Below, piece by piece: positions 18,251-28,229 of a DNA stretch of 64,000 nucleotides. A model generated the notes under the pieces. That model had not been told where the DNA came from and made no database searches. It was given only the letters and a program-made list of their open reading frames with translations. Origin of the DNA: a virus; the IMG/VR virus record IMGVR_UViG_3300025168_000038, positions 1-64,000 of that record. The stretch is one strand, 5' to 3'. The number at the start of each line of letters is the position of its first letter. Position 1 is the stretch's first letter. Position numbers and translations under genes: made by a program.

Positions 18251-19350
18251 CCAACAGAGAAATAGTACAAGAAGATGCATTAGATATTGCATTAAAAAAT
18301 AAAAGATGTGGGTTAGGTATATCTATGGGTGTAGGCAAGACAAGAATTGCAATACAACACCTTATGGTTAACTATAATCCTTTAATAGAAGCCTTGGTAG
18401 TGATACCAAAACACTCAGTATCTCAATCATGGGTAGATGAGTTAGGCAAAATGAATTTAGAAAAGCTAGTAAAGCATATAACATTTACTACATACCTATC
18501 ATTAAAAAAACATAATCCTAATAACTATGATATAGTATATCTGGATGAATGTCATTCATTATTACCATCACATGAGCAGTTCTTAAGTTTGTTTAAGGGT
18601 AGAGTATTGGGTTTAACTGGTACACCACCAAGAGATAAACAATCAGATAAAGGTAGACTAGTAAATAAGTATTGCCCAATCAAATATGAATTCAGTGTTG
18701 ATGATGCAACAGACTCTAACATATTAAATGATTATCAGATCATTATACATGAATTAGAACTGTCTAAGTTACCAACATTAAAGAAGACTAATAAAACAAC
18801 AGGCGGTACATGGTGGACTAATGAACTAAAAGACTATGGTTATGTAACTAATAGAGTTGCTGAAGCACAGACTCAAAAACAAAAACAATTTGCAGCTATA
18901 ATGAGGATGAGGGCGCTCATGGAATATACAACTAAAGAAGACTATACTAAATCATTACTAAAGAACTTAGGTTCCAAGTGTATTATATTTGCTAATACTC
19001 AGAAGCAAGCGGATAGAATATGTAAGTATAGTTATCACTCTACCAATAAGAAGTCAGAAGATAATCTGGAAATGTTTATTGATGGAAGAATAAACCAACT
19101 TTCTTGTGTGTTACAGTTATCAGAGGGTGTTACAATAAAAAACCTGAAGCAAGGTATTATTATGCATGCATATGGTAATGAAAAGAAAACTGCACAGAGA
19201 ATAGGAAGACTGCTCAGGTTAAATCCAACTGAGACTGCAACATGTCACATACTATGTTACAAAGGAACTCAGGATGCATCATGGGTCAAGTCTTCATTAA
19301 AAGGATTTGATCAAAACAAAATTAAATACTATAACCCACTAAAAAGATAA
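18247..19350 (+). CDS. Superfamily 2 (DExH) helicase
   Basis: MGVGKT, LDECH, GLTGT, LSEGV and QRIGRLLR. Confidence 0.9.
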   Translation: MTNREIVQEDALDIALKNKRCGLGISMGVGKTRIAIQHLMVNYNPLIEALVVIPKHSVSQSWVDELGKMNLEKLVKHITFTTYLSLKKHNPNNYDIVYLDECHSLLPSHEQFLSLFKGRVLGLTGTPPRDKQSDKGRLVNKYCPIKYEFSVDDATDSNILNDYQIIIHELELSKLPTLKKTNKTTGGTWWTNELKDYGYVTNRVAEAQTQKQKQFAAIMRMRALMEYTTKEDYTKSLLKNLGSKCIIFANTQKQADRICKYSYHSTNKKSEDNLEMFIDGRINQLSCVLQLSEGVTIKNLKQGIIMHAYGNEKKTAQRIGRLLRLNPTETATCHILCYKGTQDASWVKSSLKGFDQNKIKYYNPLKR

Positions 19351-19520
19351 CTAATGGAAATAATATATATCATAATATCAATATCAAGCTTATTACTATG
19401 TAGACTAGCCTATGACCTAGGTAAAAGAACAGGCAAAATAAGATTTATAAATAAAATTAATAGACTAACAGTAAGCAAGATGCTTGAGCACAAGAGAACT
19501 TGTTTTAAAAAATTATAACT

Positions 19521-19769
19521 ATGGGAAGAATGAAAGAAATATTTATGGCCCAAATGGAAGAGAAATACCAGGGTGATCATGATGCAATGATACAAGACAT
19601 GGCACGTGTAACATGTGAAGAATTAGTTCCAGACATGGATCACGTTTGTCCTAACTGTTTTGGAAAAAATAAAATACATAGCATGGTACGTAATGAAACA
19701 GAAGCTGGTTGCTTAGATTGTGGACAGGAGTTTGTTATAATAGATGATAACGTATTAAGATTTAAGTAA
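19521..19769 (+). CDS. Zn-ribbon protein
   Basis: CPNC...CLDCG. Confidence 0.65.
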   Translation: MGRMKEIFMAQMEEKYQGDHDAMIQDMARVTCEELVPDMDHVCPNCFGKNKIHSMVRNETEAGCLDCGQEFVIIDDNVLRFK

Positions 19770-20035
19770 TGGCTAGATATACATATCATATAGATAAAAC
19801 CTTATATTGTGAGGTTGACTATACATATCATAAAAAAGAAGAAGAGGTATGGACAGAAAGCAATGGTGATCCTGGTACGCCAGGTCATCCTGCTTATGTA
19901 GAAGTACATGCAGTGTACATGCCTTTAAAAGATGAGATAGGTAATGTAGTAGGTGTTGATGTAATGCCTTTACTACATGAAATGGATATAGATTTAGAAA
20001 ACATAGAAGAAATAATAGAAAATAATTATGAGTGA
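19769..20035 (+). CDS. Hypothetical protein
   Basis: ORF coupled to the upstream stop. Confidence 0.6.
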   Translation: MARYTYHIDKTLYCEVDYTYHKKEEEVWTESNGDPGTPGHPAYVEVHAVYMPLKDEIGNVVGVDVMPLLHEMDIDLENIEEIIENNYE

Positions 20036-20143
20036 AGAAATAGAAAAAGACATGCAAGACATGCAAGGTAGTAATATAGAAGAAGATATAAAGTATAGAC
20101 AAGGCAGGCCTAGATGGAAGGTTGAACAAACTGAAGTTGCAGC

Positions 20144-20587
20144 ATGCATATGTCTATTGATGTGTCTATTAGGATTAACAATAATTTGGTATATTACACA
20201 CATATGAAAGATCAACTATTTATAAAAGCAACAATCAAGGAAGGTAAATTACACTTCCCTATAAAAGCCTTTGAAAATAAATATAATAATTTCTTTAAGA
20301 AGCAGCCAGATGGCGCTAAGATAGAAATCTTTATTGGAGTTCAAGATGGTAAAGGAAGTAATCCTCAATTAGCTAGACTACATGTTATGATAAGAGAGAT
20401 TGCAAATGAAATAGGATACACATTTGAAGAAATAAAACTACAAGTTAAGCGTAAAGCTGGCCTATGTTTTAATAAGAATAATGTTGAGTACTGTAAGTCA
20501 TTTGGTGACTGTGATAAAGAAGAACTAAATTTAGCTATACAAGCTTGTGTTGAAATAGGAGACTTTAATAATATGCAGCTAAGATAG
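20144..20587 (+). CDS. NinB/DUF1367-like protein (true start probably MKDQLF)
   Basis: SNPQLARLHVMIREIANEIGYTFEEIK...KSF. Confidence 0.55.
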   Translation: MHMSIDVSIRINNNLVYYTHMKDQLFIKATIKEGKLHFPIKAFENKYNNFFKKQPDGAKIEIFIGVQDGKGSNPQLARLHVMIREIANEIGYTFEEIKLQVKRKAGLCFNKNNVEYCKSFGDCDKEELNLAIQACVEIGDFNNMQLR

Positions 20588-21031
20588 TTTAGCTATCTCT
20601 TGTGCTAAGAAGGCTAGTCCTTCACCAGCAGATTCTTTAGTCTTAGCTATTTCAGCTAACTCAGCTAGCTTCTCCTCATCAACTGGTAGTTCTTGTTCAA
20701 TCTCTAGACCTTGTTGTTTAGCAAAAGATTTGAGTAAGTGTGTTAAGGAATATATAGTATATAGCTCATGCTCTATAGGTGTCAAAGTTTTATCATTACC
20801 TTTAAGTTTACCACTAATAATATTATGGAACTTTTCAGTTAACTCACCTATCTTACTATAATCATTATAGAATTCAGAAATGTATCTATAGTATACATTT
20901 TGTAAACCAGGAATAAAAGCAGGAGATACTTCAATATCTTTAATGACTTTGCTGAAGTTATAAGTAACTACTTTACGTACAGGCTGTTTCTTTTCTTCCA
21001 TAATAATAAGATTTAATAAACAAATATACAA
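20579..21031 (-). CDS. Hypothetical protein, lone minus-strand gene within the replication block
   Basis: 150-aa ORF (likely start MEEKK) with TATATTTG on the minus strand at 21021-21028. Confidence 0.65.
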   Translation of the reverse strand: MYICLLNLIIMEEKKQPVRKVVTYNFSKVIKDIEVSPAFIPGLQNVYYRYISEFYNDYSKIGELTEKFHNIISGKLKGNDKTLTPIEHELYTIYSLTHLLKSFAKQQGLEIEQELPVDEEKLAELAEIAKTKESAGEGLAFLAQEIAKLS

Positions 21032-21037
21032 TAATAT

Positions 21038-21727
21038 ATGAAAAAATTAGAAATAGACATCAATAATTTAAGAGAAAGAATAAATGATACACTAGAAGAA
21101 TCAGGGTGGACACCTGCATTAGCTCCTTTTATAAATGGATTAAGCTTTGACATAATATTAAATAATTTAATTAGTATGTATGAGTCTGGTAAAAGATTTA
21201 CACCAAGGTTTAAAGATATATTTAATGCATTTAAAGAATGTCCATACAAAGAAATTAAAGTTATTGTAATAGGCCAAGATCCATATCCACAACTAGGATC
21301 AGCTGACGGAATAGCTTTTAGTTGTTCAAAGAAAGGTAAGGCTGAAAAATCCTTACAATATATACTTAAAGCACTAAATGATGAAGATGGTGATGTTGAC
21401 TTAAGACGTTGGTCAAACCAAGGCGTGCTGCTTCTTAACACAGCATTTACATGTGAAATAAATTCAATAGGTTCACATATAAACTTATGGAAACCATTTG
21501 CTATATATCTGTTTGAGTTATTAAACAGACATCACAGAAATATACCTGTTATAATGATGGGAAAGAAAGCAGAAGACTGGCAAGTATATTTATCAAACCA
21601 AAAATTATATAAAGTAGCACACCCGGCCTCAGCTGCATATAGAGGAGGACAATGGGATTGCAAAGATGTGTTTAATCAAGTAAATATAGAGCTTGAAAAG
21701 CAACAAAAGACTTGTATAAAATGGTAA
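21038..21727 (+). CDS. ung: Uracil-DNA glycosylase, family 1
   Basis: KVIVIGQDPYP, GIAFS, QGVLLLN and HPAS. Confidence 0.92.
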   Translation: MKKLEIDINNLRERINDTLEESGWTPALAPFINGLSFDIILNNLISMYESGKRFTPRFKDIFNAFKECPYKEIKVIVIGQDPYPQLGSADGIAFSCSKKGKAEKSLQYILKALNDEDGDVDLRRWSNQGVLLLNTAFTCEINSIGSHINLWKPFAIYLFELLNRHHRNIPVIMMGKKAEDWQVYLSNQKLYKVAHPASAAYRGGQWDCKDVFNQVNIELEKQQKTCIKW

Positions 21728-21765
21728 AATTACTTATATTTATAACCTTAAAAAACCAATAAAAT

Positions 21766-22362
21766 ATGTGGGATTTATTCCAAGTGATGTTAAAAAAAAA
21801 CGTCACACCTAATCAAGTACTTCTTATGTTTGGTATTAAAAATGGTGTAACTACACCACCAAAAGATACTAGACTATTAGATAAAAATCATTTAGTTTCA
21901 ATAGGTTTTTTAGAACATAAAAATGGAGTATACCTTATGACTGCAGAAGCTAAAGCATTCTGTGTTAGACTTGATAATTACTTTATTAAAGCAAAAAAGA
22001 AAACAGATATACAACTTATGGGTAAGAACTTTGTAGATAAAATAAATAAATACAGAGAGATATTCCCAGCTAAGAAATTACCAAGCGGTAAACCAGCAAG
22101 AAATAATGTAAAAGCTCTAGGAGAAGCATTCAGGTGGTTATTTCAGACTTATGAGTATACATGGGATGAAGTACTTAAAGCTACCAGAATGTACGTAAAT
22201 GAGTATAGAGATGCTGAATACTTATATATGCAAACAAGTCAGTACTTTATCTGTAAACAAGATAAACACAGAGTAAAGCACTCTACACTGGCTGATTATT
22301 GTGATATGATTAAAGAAGGTGTTAGTAATGAAGATGATCATTTTAAAGAAAACGTAGTATGA
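21766..22362 (+). CDS. Putative replication initiator / helicase-loader-like protein
   Basis: Coupled to the DnaB-like gene; N-terminal wHTH-like segment. Confidence 0.4.
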   Translation: MWDLFQVMLKKNVTPNQVLLMFGIKNGVTTPPKDTRLLDKNHLVSIGFLEHKNGVYLMTAEAKAFCVRLDNYFIKAKKKTDIQLMGKNFVDKINKYREIFPAKKLPSGKPARNNVKALGEAFRWLFQTYEYTWDEVLKATRMYVNEYRDAEYLYMQTSQYFICKQDKHRVKHSTLADYCDMIKEGVSNEDDHFKENVV

Positions 22363-23312
22363 AAGCAAAAGAATCATGGGTTGGACAATATGCTGCCTTT
22401 AATGAGGCGCTTAAATATATGTATGCCAGATCAACTGGTGAAGAGAAATCAATATATACTCCTTGGCCTAAGTTTAATGACGCAGCTACTGATGGTATAG
22501 AGTGGAACACATTGACTGTAATTGGTGGTAGACCTGGTTCAGGTAAAACATTAATTAAAGATCAAATTATTAGAGAATCATTTGCACTTAATCCTCATGA
22601 TAAATTTAGGGTATTAGAATTTCAATTTGAGATGGTTGGTAGAACATCAGCCATTAGAGAATTTAGTTCTATAACTGGTAAAACATATAAAGAATTATGT
22701 AGTGCTGGATCAACACTAAATACTGACACACTTAATCAATGTCATCAATATGCAAAGGAAAGAGTTAAACATCCGGTAGACATCATTAGTACACCAATGA
22801 CTGTTAATCAGATGCGTGAGCAGATAGATGCATATATGAATTTGCATAAAGGAGTAAATACAATGATAACTCTTGATCATACAATGTTAGTAAAGAGAGC
22901 ACCATATCAGAATAGTACATTAGATATGCTATTTGAGTTAGGTGAGTTCTTTACTCAGTGTAAAAGAGATTATCCTTGTTTGTTTCTGGCCTTATCACAA
23001 CTTAATAGAAACATAGACAACCCGGATAGGGCTATAGATGGCAAGTATGGTAACTATATATTAGAGTCAGATATATTTGGTTCAGATGCAATGCTACAGC
23101 ATGCAGATATGTTAATAGGTATCAACAGGCCAGCTAAACAGAAGATTAGGTTTTATGGACCTGATAGATATATAATAGAAAATGATAGAACATTAGTACT
23201 ACACTTTCTTAAGGCAAGAAATGGTGATGCAAGAATGAGTTTCTTCAGAGCAAAGTTTGAGCAAATGCAAATTGAAGAGATGGCTACACCTGGACAACAA
23301 GAACGTAGATGA
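22359..23312 (+). CDS. dnaB: DnaB-like replicative helicase (C-terminal domain only)
   Basis: GGRPGSGKT, FEM, LDH, LSQLNR, QHAD and KARNG. Confidence 0.88.
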   Translation: MKAKESWVGQYAAFNEALKYMYARSTGEEKSIYTPWPKFNDAATDGIEWNTLTVIGGRPGSGKTLIKDQIIRESFALNPHDKFRVLEFQFEMVGRTSAIREFSSITGKTYKELCSAGSTLNTDTLNQCHQYAKERVKHPVDIISTPMTVNQMREQIDAYMNLHKGVNTMITLDHTMLVKRAPYQNSTLDMLFELGEFFTQCKRDYPCLFLALSQLNRNIDNPDRAIDGKYGNYILESDIFGSDAMLQHADMLIGINRPAKQKIRFYGPDRYIIENDRTLVLHFLKARNGDARMSFFRAKFEQMQIEEMATPGQQERR

Positions 23313-23887
23313 TAAATACTAAAAATATAAACAATAAAGATATGGGACTAACACCCGCACAACGTAAAGAAAAAGTTGCAAAACTTAAAGAAGAGCATCA
23401 GGAATACTTTGATATAAATAATATTCCTAGTGCACTATATATTCCTAAGATGGCTTATAGACCATCTGGTAAGGATGAGCTACATGTTAGCTTTTTTCCT
23501 AGTGAATTTGATAAAGACTTAGATATATATACAGAATTTGTAAGTATAGATTATGACTCTGAAGATCCTAAAAGAACATTATACTTGTTAAAGCATAACC
23601 CTCATTGGAAAGAGGAGTATGAGCTAATTACAAGTAACTCAGGATTTCAAAGACATATGGTACCTGCTAGTGAGCTTAAGGTGATCAATGACGTAGTAAC
23701 TAGGTCCAATGACAAAACAACTGCTATGGAAGAAGGTTATGATCACAAAGGAGAAATTGATTTTGCAAATCCAAGTATACCAAATCCGGATGATAAGGTA
23801 ATCAATGATCCTTTAATAGATAAGCTAGAAGAGATTAATCAAACATTAATAACATTAACTAAAGTAATCAATAAAATAGTAAAATAA
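23309..23887 (+). CDS. Hypothetical protein
   Basis: ORF in the operon. Confidence 0.6.
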   Translation: MINTKNINNKDMGLTPAQRKEKVAKLKEEHQEYFDINNIPSALYIPKMAYRPSGKDELHVSFFPSEFDKDLDIYTEFVSIDYDSEDPKRTLYLLKHNPHWKEEYELITSNSGFQRHMVPASELKVINDVVTRSNDKTTAMEEGYDHKGEIDFANPSIPNPDDKVINDPLIDKLEEINQTLITLTKVINKIVK

Positions 23888-24571
23888 ATGGCACAAAGCG
23901 TATTAGTAATTGCAGATTCAGGTACAGGAAAGTCTACCTCAATCAGGACATTAAATCCAAAAGAGACTTTCATAATAAACATAGCAAATAAACCTCTACC
24001 TTTTAAAGGTTATAAGAGTAAGTATACTCAGATAACTAAAGATAATCCTAAAGGTAATATAACATCAGCAGCCTCAGCAGCTGGTATTATTAAGGCTATA
24101 AAACATGTTGATGAAAAAATGCCACACATTAAAACTCTAGTGGTAGATGACTGGCAATATATGAGCTCCTTTGAATACTTTGATAGAGCTAATGAGAAAG
24201 GTTATGATAAGTTTACACAAATAGCAGCAAATTTAGCAATGGTTGCTAAGATGCCTAAAGACTTAAGAGATGACCTTACTGTTATATTTCTGACACACTC
24301 AGAAGATTCAACAGATATAAATGGAAATAGAAAAATCAAAGCAAAAACTATTGGTAAAATGATAGATAATACTTTAACTTTGGAAGGTCTATTTTCAATT
24401 GTTTTATTTGGAAAAGTAAATAAAAATGATGATGGTGTACTTGAATATGGTTTTGAAACTCAAAACAATGGAGAGAACACATGTAAATCACCTATGGGTA
24501 TGTTTGAGGATATGTTTATCCCTAATGACCTTAAGTATGTAAAAGAATGCATACAAAAATATGAAGAGTAA
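23888..24571 (+). CDS. AAA_24 / Sak4-like ATPase (recombinase)
   Basis: ADSGTGKS, LVVDD, FLTH and CKSPMGMF. Confidence 0.85.
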   Translation: MAQSVLVIADSGTGKSTSIRTLNPKETFIINIANKPLPFKGYKSKYTQITKDNPKGNITSAASAAGIIKAIKHVDEKMPHIKTLVVDDWQYMSSFEYFDRANEKGYDKFTQIAANLAMVAKMPKDLRDDLTVIFLTHSEDSTDINGNRKIKAKTIGKMIDNTLTLEGLFSIVLFGKVNKNDDGVLEYGFETQNNGENTCKSPMGMFEDMFIPNDLKYVKECIQKYEE

Positions 24572-24597
24572 TAATCAATTAATTAAAAAGAAAAATT

Positions 24598-25272
24598 ATG
24601 TTAAGTACTAAAGACATGTCTGTTGGATCAGGCACTATCAAACCAGTAATTGGAACAGGTAATCACAAATTAAAAATCAATTCAATTACTTTTGACCAAA
24701 CGCCTTATGATGCAGACGCATTTAATATTATGTTACATGTAGAAGGTGAACCAGTATCTGGAGATTTCAATGGATTCTTAAAAGATATGAATAACCCTAA
24801 TGGTGACCGTTATGTTGGTCAGGTGGGTAGAGTTAGATTCTCACCGTATCCATATAAAGATGCCACATTAAATAATGGTAATGAAATCAAGAGAGATACT
24901 GAAGTATTAAAAGCTATGGTATTTTTATCTGAAGTTGTTGGTAAAAGAAATGAGCTAGATGCTATTGAAGCAAATACAATTGAAGAGTTTATGTCTGCAG
25001 CTGGAGCTGTATGTTCAGAAACTGGATTCATTAATGCATGCTTAGGTGCACGTGAATGGGAAAACAAAGAAGGTTATGTAAATAATGATTTGTTTTTACC
25101 TAAGATGAATAAAGAAGGTGTACCATTAGAAGCTCTAGAAACAGAGAATTCTAAAATGTTAACGTTTGACAAAACAAACACACAACATTTTAGACCATTA
25201 ATGAAAAAAGAGTCAACTGCAGCTGCTAGCTTTGAACCAGCTAAAGCAAAAGGAGATGACTTTGATTTATAA
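24598..25272 (+). CDS. Putative single-stranded DNA-binding protein
   Basis: Follows the AAA_24 ATPase; beta-rich; acidic-aromatic tail GDDFDL. Confidence 0.6.
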   Translation: MLSTKDMSVGSGTIKPVIGTGNHKLKINSITFDQTPYDADAFNIMLHVEGEPVSGDFNGFLKDMNNPNGDRYVGQVGRVRFSPYPYKDATLNNGNEIKRDTEVLKAMVFLSEVVGKRNELDAIEANTIEEFMSAAGAVCSETGFINACLGAREWENKEGYVNNDLFLPKMNKEGVPLEALETENSKMLTFDKTNTQHFRPLMKKESTAAASFEPAKAKGDDFDL

Positions 25273-25280
25273 ATAAAAAA

Positions 25281-25387
25281 TATGAGGAGAGAGTGTGGAT
25301 GAACGGCATTTTGCCAACCAACTTTAACCGGGAGTATAAGAGCTTCCTGTTTTTAATTAGATTTTATACCCACTCTCTCTCTTTATA
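25281..25387 (+). ncRNA. Putative structured intergenic RNA
   Basis: GAGAGAGTG / CACTCTCTC closing stem around two small hairpins. Confidence 0.45.
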
Positions 25388-25402
25388 TAATAATAAGAAT
25401 AT

Positions 25403-26377
25403 ATGATAAGCACAAAGAACTTAGTATTACAACCTGCTGATGTTCCAAGTTATTGGGTGTTTCAATATTATTTAAATCTACCAGAAACCTTAACAGGACA
25501 GGATATAAAGATTAAGTCTATCTTTAATCCTAATGAGAATACACCTAGTTTTTGTATTTATGTTGATAAATTAGTAATGCAATATAAATTTAAAGATTTC
25601 TCAACCGGTAAGAGTGGTGATAAAGTTGATCTAGTTAAACAAATGTTTGATATAGATTTTCCTAAAGCTTCAATGAAAATAATAAATGACTACAATCAAT
25701 ATGTAAAGACTTCAGATTATAAAACACAAACCTTAAAGCCTGTAGCTAAGTGGGAAGTTGACTTTATTAAAAATAGAGAGTGGACAACTGATGATAGCGC
25801 CTTTTGGTTAGACTTTAATATAGGTAAAACTATGTTAGATAACTATAACGTTAGACCAATTGAGTATTATAACTTAGTTAAAGAAGAGAACTTTAAAGTT
25901 AAGTCACTTAAAATAGAAGGTAAGTATATGTACGGATACTATGATAAAAATGGTAAGGCCTATAAGTTATATCAACCTCATAGTAAACATAAGTTTCATA
26001 AGATTAATAAACATCTACAAGGATTTGATCAGCTTAAATATAATAAACCATATTTGGTAATATGTTCATCTCTTAAGGATGCAATGTGTCTTGCCAGTAT
26101 TGGCTATAATATAGAGGTAATAGCTCCTGACTCAGAGAATACTATGATTAAACCACATGTAATAGAATATCTTAAGAAGAAGTACAAAAAAGTAATAACA
26201 CTTTTTGACAATGATGATGCAGGTAAAGCTGCTATCATGAAGTATGGTTCTATGTACAAACTAGATGGTCTAATATTTCCTACCGCCAAAGATATTTCTG
26301 ATGGTATGAAAGAAAATGGTCTTGATTATGTGCATCTTATAATACAACCAATACTAAAAAAAGTAATAAATAAATAA
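25403..26377 (+). CDS. DNA primase (Toprim)
   Basis: ENTPSF and FKDFS; SSLKDAM; LFDNDDAG; KDISD. Confidence 0.85.
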   Translation: MISTKNLVLQPADVPSYWVFQYYLNLPETLTGQDIKIKSIFNPNENTPSFCIYVDKLVMQYKFKDFSTGKSGDKVDLVKQMFDIDFPKASMKIINDYNQYVKTSDYKTQTLKPVAKWEVDFIKNREWTTDDSAFWLDFNIGKTMLDNYNVRPIEYYNLVKEENFKVKSLKIEGKYMYGYYDKNGKAYKLYQPHSKHKFHKINKHLQGFDQLKYNKPYLVICSSLKDAMCLASIGYNIEVIAPDSENTMIKPHVIEYLKKKYKKVITLFDNDDAGKAAIMKYGSMYKLDGLIFPTAKDISDGMKENGLDYVHLIIQPILKKVINK

Positions 26378-26378
26378 T

Positions 26379-26774
26379 ATGAGAAAAATAAGATGGTGGA
26401 TACCAGGTAACGTACCCTCTAGTAAAAATGGAAGACGTTGGACAGGTAAATACTTTATTGCTAGCAAAGCTGTAATGAATTATAGAAAAGCTACTAAAGA
26501 TATATATTTAAAATATACTGAGGATTTTAAGCAAGAACTAGAGAAGTTAGAATTACCAGTAAAAATATCTTTTGAATTTATCAGAGGCAGCCGTCATAAG
26601 TTTGACTATATAAATCCTGCACAGACAGTGCAAGATGATATGGTTAAGTATGGGTGGATTGAAGATGATAATGCTGAATATATAATTCCTGCATTTGAAC
26701 AATATACATATGATAAAGAAAACCCTGGTGTATGGATAGAACTAATTTTAGATGAAGAAAATAATATCACTTGA
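26379..26774 (+). CDS. RusA-like Holliday junction resolvase
   Basis: PSSKN, FDYIN, VQDDM and IEDDN. Confidence 0.75.
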   Translation: MRKIRWWIPGNVPSSKNGRRWTGKYFIASKAVMNYRKATKDIYLKYTEDFKQELEKLELPVKISFEFIRGSRHKFDYINPAQTVQDDMVKYGWIEDDNAEYIIPAFEQYTYDKENPGVWIELILDEENNIT

Positions 26775-27066
26775 TGAGTTTTTTATGCTAAAGAAAATGA
26801 TCTCAGCTTCCAAAGAAGACTTAGAAGTTGCTTTGGCTATATGGACTACCCAGTTTAAAGATAGAGAAATTTTAGATAGATTAATGTGTAAGGCATTAGC
26901 TTTTGATAAAAGAGTAAACTTCTCTATTGCTGTAGAGTATACTTTTACATACAAGGGATACAATTCTATGTCTGATATGAGTACACATAAAATACATGCA
27001 TATATAAATGGAAAGAAACTAAATGATGTATATAATAAAATATTAAAAAAGATAACAGATGATTAA
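26752..27066 (+). CDS. Hypothetical protein
   Basis: ORF in the operon. Confidence 0.55.
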   Translation: MKKIISLDEFFMLKKMISASKEDLEVALAIWTTQFKDREILDRLMCKALAFDKRVNFSIAVEYTFTYKGYNSMSDMSTHKIHAYINGKKLNDVYNKILKKITDD

Positions 27067-28222
27067 TATACAAGATCAGGTTGCTAGAACAACTAAAACT
27101 CTAATATTTGATGAGCCCTTTTATGGGCTCTTTTTGATTGGTATCAATAAGAAGTACAGTTTACATATACCTACTGCTGGTGTAAGCAAACATGGTATTG
27201 GTATGCAATTGACTATAAACCCAGAGTTCTTTACAGAGCTCAAGCCGGAAGAAAGATATGGCTTAATAAAACATGAGTTATTACATATAGCTTTTGGACA
27301 CTTAATTTTAAGAGACAAGTATTCTAATCATAAACTATTTAATATAGCTGCTGATTTAGAAATTAACCAATACATATTGGAAAGCAATCTACCAGAAGGA
27401 GGATTGTTATTGTCAAGTTTCCCAGAGCTTAATTTACCTAAAAAAGCAGGTACAAGTAAATATTATGAACTTTTACAACAAGCACAGCAAGATGGTACAA
27501 GCCCTACGTTAGATTCTTTAATGAGTCAAATGGATGGTACTACACCACATTGTCATAGCACATGGAATGAGTTTAATGATTTATCTGAAGCTGAGAAGAA
27601 GCTAGTAGAAAAACAAATTGAACATCAACTAAAAGAATCTGCTGAACAAACCATTAAAAGATCTGGTACGGTACCTGGTGAGTTAGCTGATCTTATAAGG
27701 AAGCTTACACATGTTGAGCCTGCTAAATTTGATTGGAAAGGATACTTAAGAAGATTTGTTGGTAATTCTAGTGTGGTGTATACTAAAAAGTTAAGACGTA
27801 AGTATAACAAACGGTATGCAGCTAATCCTGGCCTTAAAATTAAGTTTAAGAATCATATACTCGTTGGTGTTGATACTAGTGGTTCAGTCAACAATGAAGA
27901 GTTAACAGAATTCTTTAGTGAATTAACACACATGCACAAGACAGGCCACAAAATTACCGTAGCACAATGTGATACACGCTTAGGAAGCGTGAAGGAATTT
28001 AAACCTAATCAAGATTGGGAAATACATGGTCGTGGTGGAACTAGCTTTCAACCAGTTATTGATCACTACAATGAAAAGAAAGGGCAATATACAGCTCTAA
28101 TATATTTAACAGATGGTGAAGCATATGCACCTGAAGATTGTCCAAAGAATACCTTATGGTGTTTGAGTAGTATATCTCAGATGAATGATGAGTTACCAGG
28201 AAAAGTAATAAAATTTAATTAA
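27059..28222 (+). CDS. Zincin metallopeptidase plus vWA domain (DUF2201-type)
   Basis: HELLHIAFGH, NIAADLEIN, VDTSGS, GRGGTSF and YLTDG. Confidence 0.88.
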   Translation: MINIQDQVARTTKTLIFDEPFYGLFLIGINKKYSLHIPTAGVSKHGIGMQLTINPEFFTELKPEERYGLIKHELLHIAFGHLILRDKYSNHKLFNIAADLEINQYILESNLPEGGLLLSSFPELNLPKKAGTSKYYELLQQAQQDGTSPTLDSLMSQMDGTTPHCHSTWNEFNDLSEAEKKLVEKQIEHQLKESAEQTIKRSGTVPGELADLIRKLTHVEPAKFDWKGYLRRFVGNSSVVYTKKLRRKYNKRYAANPGLKIKFKNHILVGVDTSGSVNNEELTEFFSELTHMHKTGHKITVAQCDTRLGSVKEFKPNQDWEIHGRGGTSFQPVIDHYNEKKGQYTALIYLTDGEAYAPEDCPKNTLWCLSSISQMNDELPGKVIKFN

Positions 28223-28229
28223 TAAAAAA

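Noticed and set aside
21013-21441. 142-aa minus-strand ORF
   Set aside because: Antisense to ung
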